The translations under genes and the position numbers were made by a program. Positions 1 through 12,989 of a stretch of DNA of 64,000 nt are shown one piece after another. Origin of the DNA: Heteronotia binoei (taxonomy: Eukaryota). The notes under the pieces were generated by a model that was not told the origin of the DNA, did no database searches, and saw only the letters and a program-made list of their open reading frames with translations. Within the stretch, counting starts at the first letter, position 1, and every line of letters starts with the position of its first letter. The DNA lies in assembly GCF_032191835.1 (NCBI RefSeq), contig NC_083226.1:100068001-100132000 (forward strand), read 5' to 3'.

Positions 1-451
1 TTCTGCAAACAGCATAGCTGGGAAATCTAAGGAAGAAACAAGAAAATATTGGTTGAAATTTTATGCCTGGCTAGATACTCAAGACTCTTAAGATTCTCTG
101 GTGTGAACTTATATCTTCTTTTTCCTGTACTCTGTATTACAAGATTGCTTTTATTGGAAATGTCAAATTTAATAGATATTTTAACAAAAAGATTTATAAT
201 ATTAAATATCAAAATGTTGATGATGCACAGTTTAGAGACAACAATATGTATTTTGACAATCTATGTATTTTAAGAAAGTATTGCAGATGTAAACTTGTAT
301 TCTTTGAAAGTACTCTCTATGCAGATTAAGACTGATTTATAATCTTTATTTCTTATCCCCTATTCCTTGAAACTAATAAAACGTTTAAAATGGAGCTAAC
401 ATGCCGCAGGAGGTGAGATGCCCCGGGAGGTCTTTGTGAGCTCTCTCAATT

Positions 452-469
452 CCGCCGCTGGGGGCGCTC
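452..469 (+). promoter_or_regulatory. Possible CTCF site
   Basis: ccgccgctgggggcgctc resembles the CTCF core CCASCAGGGGGCGC with several mismatches. Motif match only. Confidence 0.3.
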
Positions 470-2249
470 ATGACGCTACTTATCTAAATAAACAGCATTA
501 GGATTAGCTACAGCCAGTCGGTTTCCCAAGCAAGAGGGAGGGAGGCTGAGAAACCAGGGGATTAATTTATTAACGCTGCTGCTCTTGCTTTTCACTGGGC
601 TGATTGACTCAGAGATAGGGAGGGATTAACCCTGCCAATAGCTATCAGACTGAGATTTTGGAGAAAGGGAAAAAGAAAGGCAAGCTGATGAGAAGACCCG
701 ATGGATGTGCCAAAGCATTCCTAAAGGAACATTGCGGCGTGATGTCAACTCCAGAGAGGGATATTAGCATCATACGCATAGCTGTAACAATTTTTTCTTC
801 TTTTTACGGTCTTTTTACCCCTAGAAACTCAGCAAAGCTGGTGGATGTGTGTGTGTCCAGAGGGCTCTGCTGCCTGCGCACCTTGCCCAAATGCTCCTCT
901 GCGACCGAATGGCCAAGGACAGGCTCGCTTCAGTAGTTATGAAGTATCAGCAGGCTGCTGCAGCCATACTTAGTGGGTCCGCTCGTGTCGCCAAAGAAGC
1001 TACGGCATGTGCCTACACAATCACTTTCAGTCTCCAGAATAGAACGACGGTGGGGTACCCAGTTTTGCTAATTCTGTGTCACGGTTCGCCCTGTTCTCCA
1101 ACGCGTCCCCTCCTGGCCGAGGAAAAGAACAGCAAGAGAGAGATCGAAAACTACTGCGGTTTTCCCTTGACGATAAACCCAGTCGCGTTACGTAGAATGA
1201 AAACACCGAGCGCTCTACGTGCTGAGAGCTGCTCTCAGCTCTGGTACCGTCGTTGCGCATAATGATCGTGGCGTGTCTAGAATACGCTGCTGCTGTTGCC
1301 CCCAAACGCTTTTGTTTTGTTTTTTATTACGCAGCTCTTTGAGTAGCTGCGAGTTTGTCACTGTCGATTCAGAAACTCTTGTTTAAACTTCTAAGCACAA
1401 ACACATCTGCCTGCTGGTTTTGCTTCCACTGCTGTTTAACATTAATCTCTTTCTCGCGTTTCTTTAGCCTTATGAAAGTGTATACCTCTCCCTCCCAGCA
1501 AATTATTTGGGCAGGCACGCAGTTCGCCTTTCCGTATGCCCTGGGTTATACATTCATGAAAGTTTGATAGGGACAATAAAAGTAGAGAAAAGAGGTTGTA
1601 CTGAATGAATGAATGAATGAAATGTGCCTTGTTTCCCCAAGGCGTGTTTTAATACAGGCAACGCTTAGCTTTGCTGACCAGAACATTTGGGCGAGCACGT
1701 TATATGCTGGTTGCCTTCCTCACATTACATTCACGCAGCGGTGAAGTGCTTATCAGTGCTTTACAAAACACCCGCTCCCGCGGTTGCCTCTTATTTTGTG
1801 GGAGAGCCACAACATGCTCATCGGAGGGAAGTGCAAAATAGCCAAGCCAATATGTTCGGACTATCAGAACTTTGTGAAGTATCACATCTTTCGTCGTCAG
1901 ATTAGGGTGCACAAGGTTTTTCAAGTATATTGCAATGGTTTTACAGCTTGATGCTTTAAAAAGAATTAATCTCAGGTTGTGAGAAGTTTCTTTGGCACGT
2001 GCCCCGCTCTACTCATTTGTTCTTCGGTTCGTGCCATTTGCGGCTATGAAAATCTGAGCCTAGGTGCAGTTGTTTGAATAGAAAAAGACTTAGTATACAT
2101 CCCTTTAAACTTTTCCATTTGAGAAAATCGATGAACAAATCCTTTCTTACAGCTCGTCTCTAAAGAGCATTTGTTCTCAGCCTTTCTTCTTCTTCTTCTT
2201 CTTCTTTTTAAATAGCCGTTTCTTTTAATTAGGCAGAGAGCTTGTTCCA

Positions 2250-4270
2250 CGTCCGGCGCCGCCCCCCCCCCCCTCAACATACACCAAGTGTTCTGAGCTA
2301 CATCCCGCGTCTCGTGTACATGCGGGGGAAGGGGGAGAGGAGGTTACCGCTTCCCCCACTTCCTCGCTAGCGCCGTCCGGGTGGGGACAGCCAGTTCGGT
2401 AGCGAGTTCCTAAAGCCTACACCTCACGCTTAGCCTCCCAGCCGCCGCCCCCCTCTCACGAAGGCCGGCCGCCCTTCCCTCCTGCGCCGGAGTGGGTGTC
2501 GGTGGCAGCGAGGCTGATCGGACGAGTCCGTTTCCAGGAATCCAGCCCGGGATTTGACTCCGCCTCCAGCCCAGCTGCTTTCCAGTGACAGAGGAGTCGG
2601 GACGGAGCCTAGCGGTGGGAAGAGAGGCAGGGCACCGGGAGAGCCAGCGCGCGCTGCGAAGTCCTCCCCAAACACACTTCAATGACCAGGAGCGCCGGGG
2701 CAAGCCGCGCTTTCCTGCCGGGGCCCGAGCAGCGCCGCCTGCCTCGGAGGAGTTTGCCCGAAGCCGGCTCGCCAGCCCGAAGGACTTGTGGCGAAGGGCA
2801 GGACGAGACCGCCAACGGAGTTCTCTCCCAGGAGGCGCCTGACGGGGACTTACCGGAGTGGCCACCCGAGTGGCATTTGCCCGCGGAGTAGTAGCCGAGG
2901 CTCTTGACCGACCCCCTCCCCCCTTTCCCCCTCCCTCGGTGGAAAATGAACACGCCGCCCGTCTCTTGCGCCGGGTCGCAACACTGAAGCACCCCTCGGA
3001 GCCCCCATGTAGTAATGACAAAGGATTGCCACGGCAAGAGTGGATCGAGTTGCGCCCAGCCAGCCCCGTAAATGGATTACTAAATGGGACACTCCAGCCG
3101 CTAGCCCTCCAGCTTCCCTGTTGCCGGCACCGACGAGGTAGGCGAACCTTGGCGGCCGCGTATTGTTCAGGGCGAGGAGGAGCCACTGGGCTTGGCCAGC
3201 TCGTGCAAGGCGGCGGCGGCGGCAGGGCAGGGCGTGCTTGAAGAGGCGCTCCGAGGCAGGCGAGGGCTCAGGCAGGCACGCTGGATGCCGGCGCCACTCC
3301 CCTGGCCGGGGCCGCCTCGTGCTGGGGTGTGGGGAACTAGCGGCGCTTGGGCCTTTCCTTGCTCCAAACTAGCACGAGGCTTGGGCGCGTTTGTTTTTGT
3401 TTGTGGCAGGCGGGAAAGGTGCCGGGGCCTCGCCTGTTCCCCCCGCTTTCTGTGGCGGCTACGAAGGGGCTTGGCACGACTTGGCCCGCTCGGGCGCTCC
3501 AAGAGGGAGGGAAGCGTCGCCCAGTTCCTAGCCCGGCGTCCTGTCCCTCCGCACGAGGCTTCCTTGGGGGGCGAGAACGGGCGTGGAGTCTTTGTTTCAG
3601 AGACAATGTGACGGCAGAGGAGGAGAAGCGGGGAGGAAGGGGCACGTTGGCTCCTCGGCTGCGGGGGGGACGGCGATGCTTCTTTGGGAAGGAGGAAACT
3701 TAGGGCTGAAGGAAAGTCTCTCTCTCGCCCGCGGGTCTTCTTCTCGCCAGGCCAACGCCTCTCCGCCCCCTTCGGCGCTTTGCTGCCTGCTGCCCACCCT
3801 GGTCCCTGAAGTGGTGGGCTGTGTGTGTGTGTCTGTTGGCGCTGCCGCCGCCGCCGCCAGTCTCCGGCTTTGTTTGCGAGCTTGGGGACGGGGGTTGACG
3901 CAAGCCCAGGGCTGCTCTCCCCTCATCGCACTCCCTGCCGAGAGGCGGGAGAGGGGGGTGTCTTCTAGTCCCCTTCTACCGGGAACACGGATGGGCTGAG
4001 CTAGGGAAGAGGCGTGTATGATGTCTGTTGGGAAGGGAGTGAGTGGTTCTGAGTGTCCTCAGAGCCTGTCAGCTCTGGCGCAGGGCAAGGCTGCTACTGC
4101 TGCCGCCTCCCTCCCCCCCCCCCCCGCTACTGTAGCTGAGGGGAAGGATGAGCAGGAGGGGGGGGGCGCTCGGGCTACTTCTTTCTCGCGCCTTGAAGTC
4201 CCTCCTGCAAAAAGAGGAGGAATTAAGTGGGGGCTGCCCCTCTTCCCCGGTTCCTTCCTGGAGGGGGGGG
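2250..4270. promoter_or_regulatory. CpG island, probable promoter / first-exon region
   Basis: About 2 kb of high GC and high CpG density with GCC/GGC runs, against a CpG-depleted AT-rich background; no recognisable TE inside. Confidence 0.85.
2848..2856 (-). other. Perfect 5' splice donor (CCG|GTAAGT), probable end of a minus-strand first exon
   Basis: Plus strand 2848-2856 reads acttaccgg; the exon would end at 2854, inside the CpG island. The nearest upstream ATG (2876) has a weak Kozak context, so the exon may be 5' UTR. Confidence 0.5.
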
Positions 4271-6814
4271 GGGCAGCAGAAATCTCTGTTTTCACCTCCA
4301 TCCCTCCTCCCCCTTCCTGGATACTTCCACCGACCAAACTGAGCAGGGAAGAAAGCTAGCCCTCGAGGCAGAGAAGATAACCGCAATGGGAGGAAGTAGG
4401 ATGGGGGGAGGGATGATGGTAAATAACCTCTTCCAGTGGGTGTAACGATAACTTGAGAGAGAGAAGGCGTCAGTAGAAGGCAGTGGGGTTCCAGGCTTGT
4501 TATTAGATGTTTCCTGTGGCCAAAGTATAGGAAAATGAGAGCTGAGAAGACTTCTCATTGTGATGGGAGATGCAGTGGAGAGGGGAATAAATGCTAGAGC
4601 AAACTCCTTACTTAGTTGATTCATATGCTTAATATTACCCATTTCAAGTTGCTGTGTCACATACATACAGGTGGGATTCATATACATGTATATCTTCTCA
4701 GCCCCCATAGTTTCATTTAGAAGCTGACATATAACTTTCCCATTCTACTGCCCAGCGATTAATTTGAATCAAAAATTAGTGCTATTATCTGTTTTTAGTA
4801 GAAGAACTCCACTCTGGAACATCATGGGAACTAATATTAAATAAGGGCAGACTGCTTACATTAAATAAATTAAATTAAGTAAATAAGGCAACTAAATAAA
4901 TAGAAGTCTATAAAAACAATCCAAACAATTGAGCATGTGCAAAGTGACTTTGCCTCACCACTTGAGTAACCATAACTTGCTCCCATTTGTAGGATTAGGA
5001 TAAAAGATTTTCGGGTCAAAATTGATGACCTGCAGGTCTGAGCCGCAACACTTTTTATTTTGGAAATTGTGCTAGCTCCTAAATATGTCACCTTATCAAG
5101 TTGTTGTCTTTAAACACCTCTCTTGTTGAACTCCTGGAATACAGCCAACATTAGGGAGACTTTTGTGTTTTTGTAAAAGGCACTGGATTGCACAGTGGTA
5201 TTTTTGTTTCCCCAAGCCTTCTAGAAAGTGCTGATTAGATGGGAGAAATATGCAAAGACTGAAGAAAACCAGGTGAATGGAGGTTCCCCATTTGAAAAGA
5301 AGGAACAGGTCCCGGAAGCTGCTTAATCCCCCTCCCCAACTCTCCAGTCTCCTTTAGATTGTGGATGTCAAATAACAAAGGGGCTGAGGGTTTCTGACCT
5401 ACCATCAATTTTAAACAAGCATGGCAGCAGGGGGCACAGAGAGCTCTGGATACTGATGGTGAAAACGCTGCTGCTTGGAGGGATTGGGGTTGTGTGTATA
5501 CTGGGCAGGCATGAGAAGCTCTCATTTGAGAGTAATGTGTCTTAAGTGCTCTGGCTGTGAATTTGCATGAGTGAAAGCAAGAGCCTGCAAGTCCCCATGT
5601 GTTGTTTTCCGTGCCTGCTGGTCTGTTGGAGAATTGGAGCAGAACAGAAGCGGCTCAGGGGAGAAGGGAGAAGGCTGAGAGCTGCTGACTGGTTGCTTGC
5701 CTCCTTGAAACAGGGACAACAGAACTAACAGCAACTATGCAAATATGATCTGGGCAAAGGATTCTGGCTGCAGACCCAGGGAATCCAGTTTGGGCAGAAA
5801 ACACTGCTAAAAAGTTTTAGGTTTTGTTAGGCAGGGGGGAAGGTGTTTGCAGAGATTATTGTTGCACACAGTATTTTGCTTTGCAAAGTTTAGTGGAAAG
5901 AAGTGCAGATCCTCTTGAATTGATTACTGAAAAAAGATAGTCTATATGTAGAAGTTACCATCTTTTTTATTTCCAGACATTTTAATGCAAAAAGTGGAGT
6001 ATAGTAACTTTTATGTAGTTACCTGTGACCAGAAAAGAAAGAAAAAGAAGCCCCCCCCCCAAAAAAAAACCCAGTCGGCTGTACAATGGCTGTTACAACA
6101 GGGTTTTTTTTCTCCTTGTATGCCTAGTTTTGTAAATGAATATTTAAAAAAAACCCCAAGGAATCAGTATTTACTGAAAAGTAAATGAGTCCCTATGGAT
6201 ACCCTACAGATTTATACCTATTTTAACATGTCTTACGTTTATAACAAGTCACCTAAGTTTAGTTAGGACTTTGGCAAAGTATATGGACATTATAGGGTAT
6301 AATTCAAAGCAAGTCTAATTAGAACTAAGTCCCATTTTATTCAAGAACATAATGGAATTTACATCTTTCAGAAGTTCATATGCAGGCACTAAACAAGTTA
6401 TGTTGAACAGAAGTTATCAGCACAAATAATAATCCAGCAAGTTTAATTATTAACCTAACATTAAGTAAACTGGCAGAATTCTGTCTCCTCCCAGCTATTA
6501 TTCTTTTATGTTCTGTTACTATTGTCTGTTTAAAACAAACTGTTTTGTTTGTCGTATGGCCTTTATGAAAGGAAATGACTGATTACTTGAATATACTTAC
6601 TTCAGGCTTGAAACTGAACTGCTTGCTCTTGGGCATAATCACTTCACTCCCCCACAAATCCATTGATTTCATTAGGGATAGTTTAGTGACTAAGGAGACA
6701 TTTGAAAAAAGCCAAACTTTGCAGTATAACTTCTTTACAAATTAGGTTTCTAAAATATTTTTGTTCTTGTTAGTTATTTATTTACCATGGTGTGGAAATT
6801 GCAGCTTTTATTGG

Positions 6815-6955
6815 CAGAGCCAGCCCTAGACTGTCTGGCCCCTAACTTCTGGTGCCCCCCCCCCAAAAAATGATAATGTCACCATTCACATGTGGGGCAC
6901 CCAATTTGGTGCCCTAGGCAATTGCTTAGTTTGCCTAGCGGTAGGGCTGGCCCTG
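6815..6955. mobile_element. hAT-type MITE
   Basis: TIRs cagagccagcccta / tagggctggccctg; perfect 8-bp TSD TTTATTGG at 6807-6814 and 6956-6963. Confidence 0.9.
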
Positions 6956-7377
6956 TTTATTGGTGAACTATTTAATAGAGGTCCCCCCCCTCAATTGAGG
7001 TGAGGGTAAGTGGGAAATAGCGAAAGTCTAGTCACTTTAAACCATTTAAAAAACGTTAACCCTATACTCTGTCCAGTAGTATCACTGAAGCATATGAAAT
7101 CACAAGTGTACAGTTCTCTAAATGAAAGGACATTGTGAGCGTTCTGCATAGTATAATGGCCTTTGGAATTTGAACCATCTCATTTAAAAATAGCCAGTCT
7201 CTTATAACTTTATAATAAACTTCATAAGAACTTTATAAGAAATCTGAATCTTCTGAACAGAATTCTTTGAATTTTTTTTTAAATGAGCTTTAGTATCAGT
7301 GTTCTTGACCGCTATCTTGTATTGACTAGTAGCAGTTTAATATAAAAAGAGATATATGGATGGATCCATTTATATAA

Positions 7378-7652
7378 AGCTGCAGTACTGCAGTCAGAGC
7401 CCTCTGCTCACAACCTGAGTTTGATCCCAGCGAAAGCTGGTTCAGGTAGCCAGCTCCAGGTTGACTCAGCCTTCCATCCTTCTGAGATTGGTAAAATGAG
7501 TACCCAGCTTGCTGGGGGTAAAGTGTAGATGACTGGGGAAGGCAATGGCAAACCACCCCATAACAAGTCCGCCATGAAAATGTTGTGAAAGCAACGTTAC
7601 CCCAGAGTCGAAAACTACTGGTGCTTGCACAGGGGACTACCTTTATCTTTTA
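7378..7652 (+). mobile_element. Sauria (Squam1)-type SINE
   Basis: Body gttgactcagccttccatcc...ggtaaaatgagtacccagcttgctgggg and RTE/BovB-like tail gaaggcaatggcaaaccac. Confidence 0.75.
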
Positions 7653-9599
7653 TAAAAACTAGTGTAGTGAAGGTGAAAATATAGCAGGTAAAAAGTGATT
7701 GGACCACTTGTTTTCATATACAAGCACTCAAAGACACACTGAACTAAAAAATTAAAAAGTAATTAGATTTTTTTTATATTTGCCTCTAGTTTACATAATA
7801 TTGCATATATTTTATAATTTAAAAGATGTACTTCATGTGTTAATACATTGTTCTTTTAAAAAACAACTGGGTATTCAAGTAGATAAAGAACATTCAAGTG
7901 GATAAAGAACATACCCATTTGACATCTCCAGCTACTTAATGGTAACAAAAATAGATAATAGCTATAGCTCCTTTTCAGGGGTTGTAATTTGAGGAGCAAA
8001 GCTATTGCTGTTGGAATCTGGAAAAGAGAGCAGCAAGGGTTAAGGGTAAGGAGCTGCCTTCATTGATAAAAAGAGAACCAATTAATGACCTGTGATAAAT
8101 CAAAAATAGAACTGTGCACATTACAAGGAAGTAGGCAATTGTGAACTTGCTCGTGTACGTGTTTGGTAAAGGAAAGGGGAAGTTTATCTTATTTTGGAAA
8201 GCTAAAATAGCCGGACACAAATACATATTGCAGGAGTTCACATGGTTTACCGCTGTAGAGACATAAAAGGGATTATACTGACCTCACCTAAAACATCCTG
8301 CCTATTTGCTGGAAAATGTTGTTGTGCTGGCTTGATGAATATTTACTGTACTGTACAGCTATAGTAATGCATGGGAATTCATAGCACATGGTAACCTTTT
8401 AAATTCTTGGGGCAAACTAATGCAGATGAAGGCAAGAAGAAAGGAAGGTGCTACTTTTGCTATCTCTGATCTTTAGACATAACTTGTGATGACCCTGATC
8501 TTTCCAAAGCCCATCACAGATGTTATTATTCAGCAGTGTAGTTTCACTGAAGTCAATGGAACCATTTGGATCAAATAAAACATCTCTTGCAAAATTGACG
8601 GGGTTAGAGAAAAACATCCCTGTTCAGTTAGTATTGTCAAGCCACAATGATCTTTAATAGATTGTATATTTTGTATCAAAACCAAAAACTGTATTATATG
8701 ATTTTTAGTGTTTCATCCTTGCTGTAGTGTAGGTAAAACGTAAAAGCCATACCCAAATAAACTGAAATCATTCAGTACTGGGTTATATTGAATAAGTTAC
8801 AGGTATTGTCTTAGCCCAATAAGAACCTCCAATGTGTACAGTGAAGAAGGTGCAGTGAATAAGTTTAAATTGATGTAGTATGTACAGTGGATAAATTTAA
8901 ACTTTCTTCAAGGTGAAACTATCTTCAAACTTCCTCATCTCCTAACTTGTATATACAAGTGAGAGGTCAATATATCATTGATATCTGAATGAGGTACCAA
9001 AATGTATATTATCATTCCAATTTTTCATCTGGCTCTTTTCTGAAATTCTTTATCTGTATTTCCTCCAGTGCTTTTTCTGCCTACATTACAGCAAAACTAG
9101 ATAGAATCTAGTGTTTCTTTGTAACAGTGTTAATTCGTGGGTTGTGAGGTGCTTCCAGTAATTAATTAAGTTTCATAGCACCACTTTTAGGTAGGTAAGA
9201 GATAGGCAATGATCAGGTCACCTGACAAAGATGCAGCTGTCTGTAGATTGACAGCTGCTGTTTCAGAAGCCCACAGCCACCACAGAACAGCAGCAACAGG
9301 AATCAGACAAAGCTGCGCTGTAATGTGAATCAGGTTTATAAGACTAGAGTTTATAGCCATCTGGATTATCACTGTAAGTTAATTTTGTTTCAGTTAACTT
9401 GCAACACCTTGCTTTCACTGTTACTGGTGCTGGCTAGCATCATCTCCCATATACACTGGATAAACCTCAACTCAGTAGGTTTATAACTGACTAGGAATAA
9501 GGCCTATTGTGGAGAAAAATACAATGGGCTCTATAAGGAAGTTCTGGGTGAGTGCCCCCCACCCTTGCTGTCTTCCCACTCACCCAAGTGAAGGCTTTC

Positions 9600-9840
9600 A
9601 CTCCACTCCCACCTCAAGAGAATCTGATCTCTTCCATCAGAAGACCAATTGTAATTCTGAGTGATCTCCAGCCCTTACCTGGAGATTGGCAACAGTGGTT
9701 CCCCAGGAGGAAATGACTGGTTTTGAGGGTGGAGTCTATGGCATTGTACCTATCTGAGGTCCCATCCCTCCTCAAACCCTACCCTTTCCATGTTCCACCC
9801 CTCAAATCTCCAGAAATTTTCCAACCTGGAATTGGCAACC
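9600..9840. mobile_element. Degenerate Harbinger-like MITE fragment
   Basis: Ends in ggaattggcaacc, the TGGCAACCC-type terminus shared with the other copies in this window. Confidence 0.5.
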
Positions 9841-10365
9841 ACTAAGTTGCATTGGCTGTCATAGGGGAGCTGCTGCTGAACAGGAGCAAGCAGCCAGGCC
9901 TATTGTACTCATATTGTACTCATTTAGCAAGTGCTGGTAATTATGAGTTAAATTAGTTGCTACTTGGAGCCCTTTCCCCAAGTAATTTTCCACTTAAGAT
10001 ATCAGCTCAAAAGTATGGCAATTTTGGCATGGTCTGAACTTAACCTAATAATCACAGTTAAGCATCACAACATGGCATCTGTGAATATGGAAGTAACCTA
10101 GCTGATGTTGCTTGTTAAGGCCCTCCCTGGTTTTCTCTGTTGCATTTTTCTATTAACTGTATTGGCAAAAATTGGCAGTCAGCTCCCAAAGAAGTTATGG
10201 TCATTGGAAAGTATCCTACCTAAATTCCTGGTACTCAAAAGCTGCCTTTTGCAATTTTTTTCAAGAGCTGATTCTTTTTGTTTTGGTTGGTTGTTTCAAT
10301 GAAATAGTTCATCTGACCAAATTTACTCAATTCATATTTCACTTGCTCTGACCTGATAGCACAGG

Positions 10366-10448
10366 CAAGCCTGATGTCAGCAGATCTCAGAAGCTAAACC
10401 GGGTGGGCCCTGGTTTGTATCTGGATTGGAGAATGCTAAGGATGTGCA
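10366..10448 (+). mobile_element. 5S rRNA-derived SINE head (5S-Sauria-like), 5' part
   Basis: caagcctgatgtcagcagatctcagaagctaaaccgggtgggccctggtttgtatctggattggaga aligns by eye to 5S rRNA (cgcgcccgatctcgtctgatctcggaagctaagcagggtcgggcctggttagtacttggatgggaga). Too diverged to be a 5S gene. Confidence 0.75.
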
Positions 10449-11303
10449 CATAAGAACGTAAGAGAAGCCATGTTGGATCAGGCCAACGGCCCATCCAGTC
10501 CAACACTCTGTGTCACACAGTGGCAAAAAATTTTATATATACACACACACTGTGGCTAATAGCCACTGATGGACCTCTGCTCCATATTTTTATCTAAACC
10601 CCTCTTGAAGGTGGCTATACTTGTGGCCGCCGCCACCTCCTGTGGCAGTGAATTCCACATGTTAATCACCCTTTGGGTGAAGAAGTACTTCCTTTTATCC
10701 GTTTTAACCTGTCTGCTCAGCAATTTCATCGAATGCCCACGAGTTCTTGTATTGTGAGAAAGGGAGAAAAGTACTTCTTTCTCTACTTTCTCCATCCTAT
10801 GCATTATCTTGTAAACCTCTATCATGTCACCCCGCAGTCGACGTTTCTCCAAGCTAAGGAGTCCCAAGCGTTTCAACCTTTCTTCATAGGGAAAGTGTTC
10901 CAGCCCTTTAATCATTCTAGTTGCCCTTTTCTGGACTTTCTCCAATGCTATAATATCCTTTTTGAGGTGCGGCGACCAGAACTGCACACAGTACTCCAAA
11001 TGAGACCGCACCATCGATTTATACAGGGGCATTATGATACTGGCTGATTTGTTTTCAATTCCCTTCCTAATAATTCCCAGCATGGTGTTGGCCTTTTTTA
11101 TTGCAAACGCACACTGTCTTGACATTTTCAGTGAGTTATCTACCACGACCCCAAGATCTCTCTCTTGGTCAGTCTCTGCCAGTTCACACCCCATCAACTT
11201 GGCCCCAATGTGCATTACTTTGCACTTGGCCACATTGAACCGCATCTGCCACGTTGACGCCCACTCACCCAGCCTCAACAGATCCCTTTGGAGTTCCTCA
11301 CAA
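10449..11303 (-). mobile_element. 5'-truncated CR1 LINE (RT C-terminus + 3' UTR)
   Basis: ORF 10556-11386 contains CR1 ORF2 motifs (WQMRFNVAKCKVMH, ERDLGVVVD, LEYCVQFWSPH, LEKRRLRGDMIEVYKI) followed by the CR1 3' tail cttctcttacgttcttatg. Confidence 0.95.
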
Positions 11304-11403
11304 TCCTCAGGATCAGGATGCAGAGGCATGCAATGGCAAACCACCTCAAAACATCTCTTGCCTTGAAAACCCCACAGGGTTGCCATAAGCCAGCTGTAAT
11401 GGC
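11304..11403 (+). mobile_element. RTE/BovB-like tail of the 5S-derived SINE, 3' part
   Basis: gcagaggcatgcaatggcaaaccacctc...tcttgccttgaaaacccc...gccataag; continues the head at 10366-10448 across the CR1 insertion. Confidence 0.65.
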
Positions 11404-11714
11404 AAAATAAGTCATTTTACCCTCAGTAAAGTAAGATAAAATAAAAGATTTTAAGGCTGAGTTAATACAGATTATTTCAATTAGACTACATTGGCATATA
11501 GCAAAAACTTTGTGAGATTGTGCTTATTTATCTGTTCTCAGGTTGTTTTTCACACACACACAAAAGTAGGGATCTGCAAGAAACTTGCAGAGAGGTGCAT
11601 CCCTTCCTTTTCTTTGCTTCTTACCCTCTTCCTGTTTCTCTAACAATCTTCCCCTTCTTTGTCTCCCTCTGCTTATCTGTAAGCCAAAATGCCCTCAAAA
11701 CGAGGTTGGGGAAC

Positions 11715-12980
11715 TGTCAGGTGGGCACCTGGCTTAATCAGGATCTTTTACCTATGTATACAGGATTCCACACCCAGAAATAATGCTTAAAAATATTAGG
11801 GACTCTAATTAAGTAAAACAATTAAAATTTATTCCAGAAAAATATAGGCTTCCATACAAGATAAAATACTCATAAAATCATACATACAGTCCTAAGAATA
11901 ATAGAGAGATAGGGAAACACATGGGTAGACGAACAGGGTGATATTTACCGATCGTAGTCTTCAAGGAAGGCTCCAATGGCGACGAGCGAGGAAGTGGGAG
12001 AGGGGACCCGAAACTGATCAGGAATCGGGGATGGATCTAGACAGTGGAATTGGGATAATGCTAGAAGCACACCTGTGGGTGGCTAGTCCACAGGTTATAA
12101 GGACTATCTTGAGCCCTTAGGGGATGGGAGGTACGAGGGAGGAGGAAGGTGGTCAGCTGATGCATGACCTCCCAAAAAGGGGAGGCTTTGCAGTGACCAT
12201 AAGGGCTGGACTACTGCGATAGCCAATAGAAAGTTCATTGGTGGCACCTAATTGGGTGCCCATTCCTGACCAATGAACAGGCTTGGGTCCTGGATACCTG
12301 AGTGAACTTTCAGGTTGAAATGGACCAGGGTGGGGATGCTCCAAGGAGACAGTACAGAGAAGAATGGGGGAAATCACTGGGTGGAGGTGTGCTTGAGTTT
12401 ATCACACTTTTCTAAGAGGGTGACAATAGAGGGTCAAATTGTTATCTAAGGTTTATACAAAGAAACTTGGCTCTGGCTGAAGATGGTCTTCCTCTTCTTC
12501 TGTCTTCTTCTTGGCACCAGTCTTTGTCTTGAGTTCCGCTGGACAAAGACAGTGGCGGTTGGGCAATTAGCCATGCCTGGGGTGGGTCGATTGCCTAGAG
12601 TCACAGGTGACATCTGGCGAGTATGTGAGCCGTTCGCTTCGCTGGAATGGAGTCTGGCCTGGTAGGAAGATGGCTGCATGTGATGTTAGCCCTCCACAGT
12701 GGATTCCATGGTCAGTGCTTCAAAACCGTTCGCCTGGATCGCTCCTGGCTGTGCAGTCTCCTCTGCTCCACGGCCGAGATGGACGTCATACAGAACGGCG
12801 GAAAGCCCTCTGTTCTCCTGGTGGGCACTCTTGTACCGGTCTTGAGTGCCTTCATAGCGTTATGGCTGCTAGTACTGCATAAGTCCCTTTCGCCCCTGGA
12901 TAGGTTCACTCACACTCTCTGATCAGACGTGTGTGAGCTACTTCTCCAGGTGCTCTGGCAACCAAGTTGGTGATTATGAT
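11715..12980. mobile_element. Unclassified LTR-like repeat remnant
   Basis: Begins TGTCA, with an inverted TGACA at 12421-12425, a minus-strand AATAAA near 11830 and retained CpGs. No convincing TSD and no coding domain. Confidence 0.3.
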
Positions 12981-12989
12981 GTTCTGTAA

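Noticed and set aside
2410-4445. Many overlapping long ORFs (up to 258 aa) in all six frames
   Set aside because: Expected in GC-rich DNA with few stop codons; Arg/Gly/Pro/Ala-biased, no recognisable domain.
10366-10443. Functional 5S rRNA gene
   Set aside because: Partial, many substitutions, and continues into a SINE tail; treated as a SINE head.
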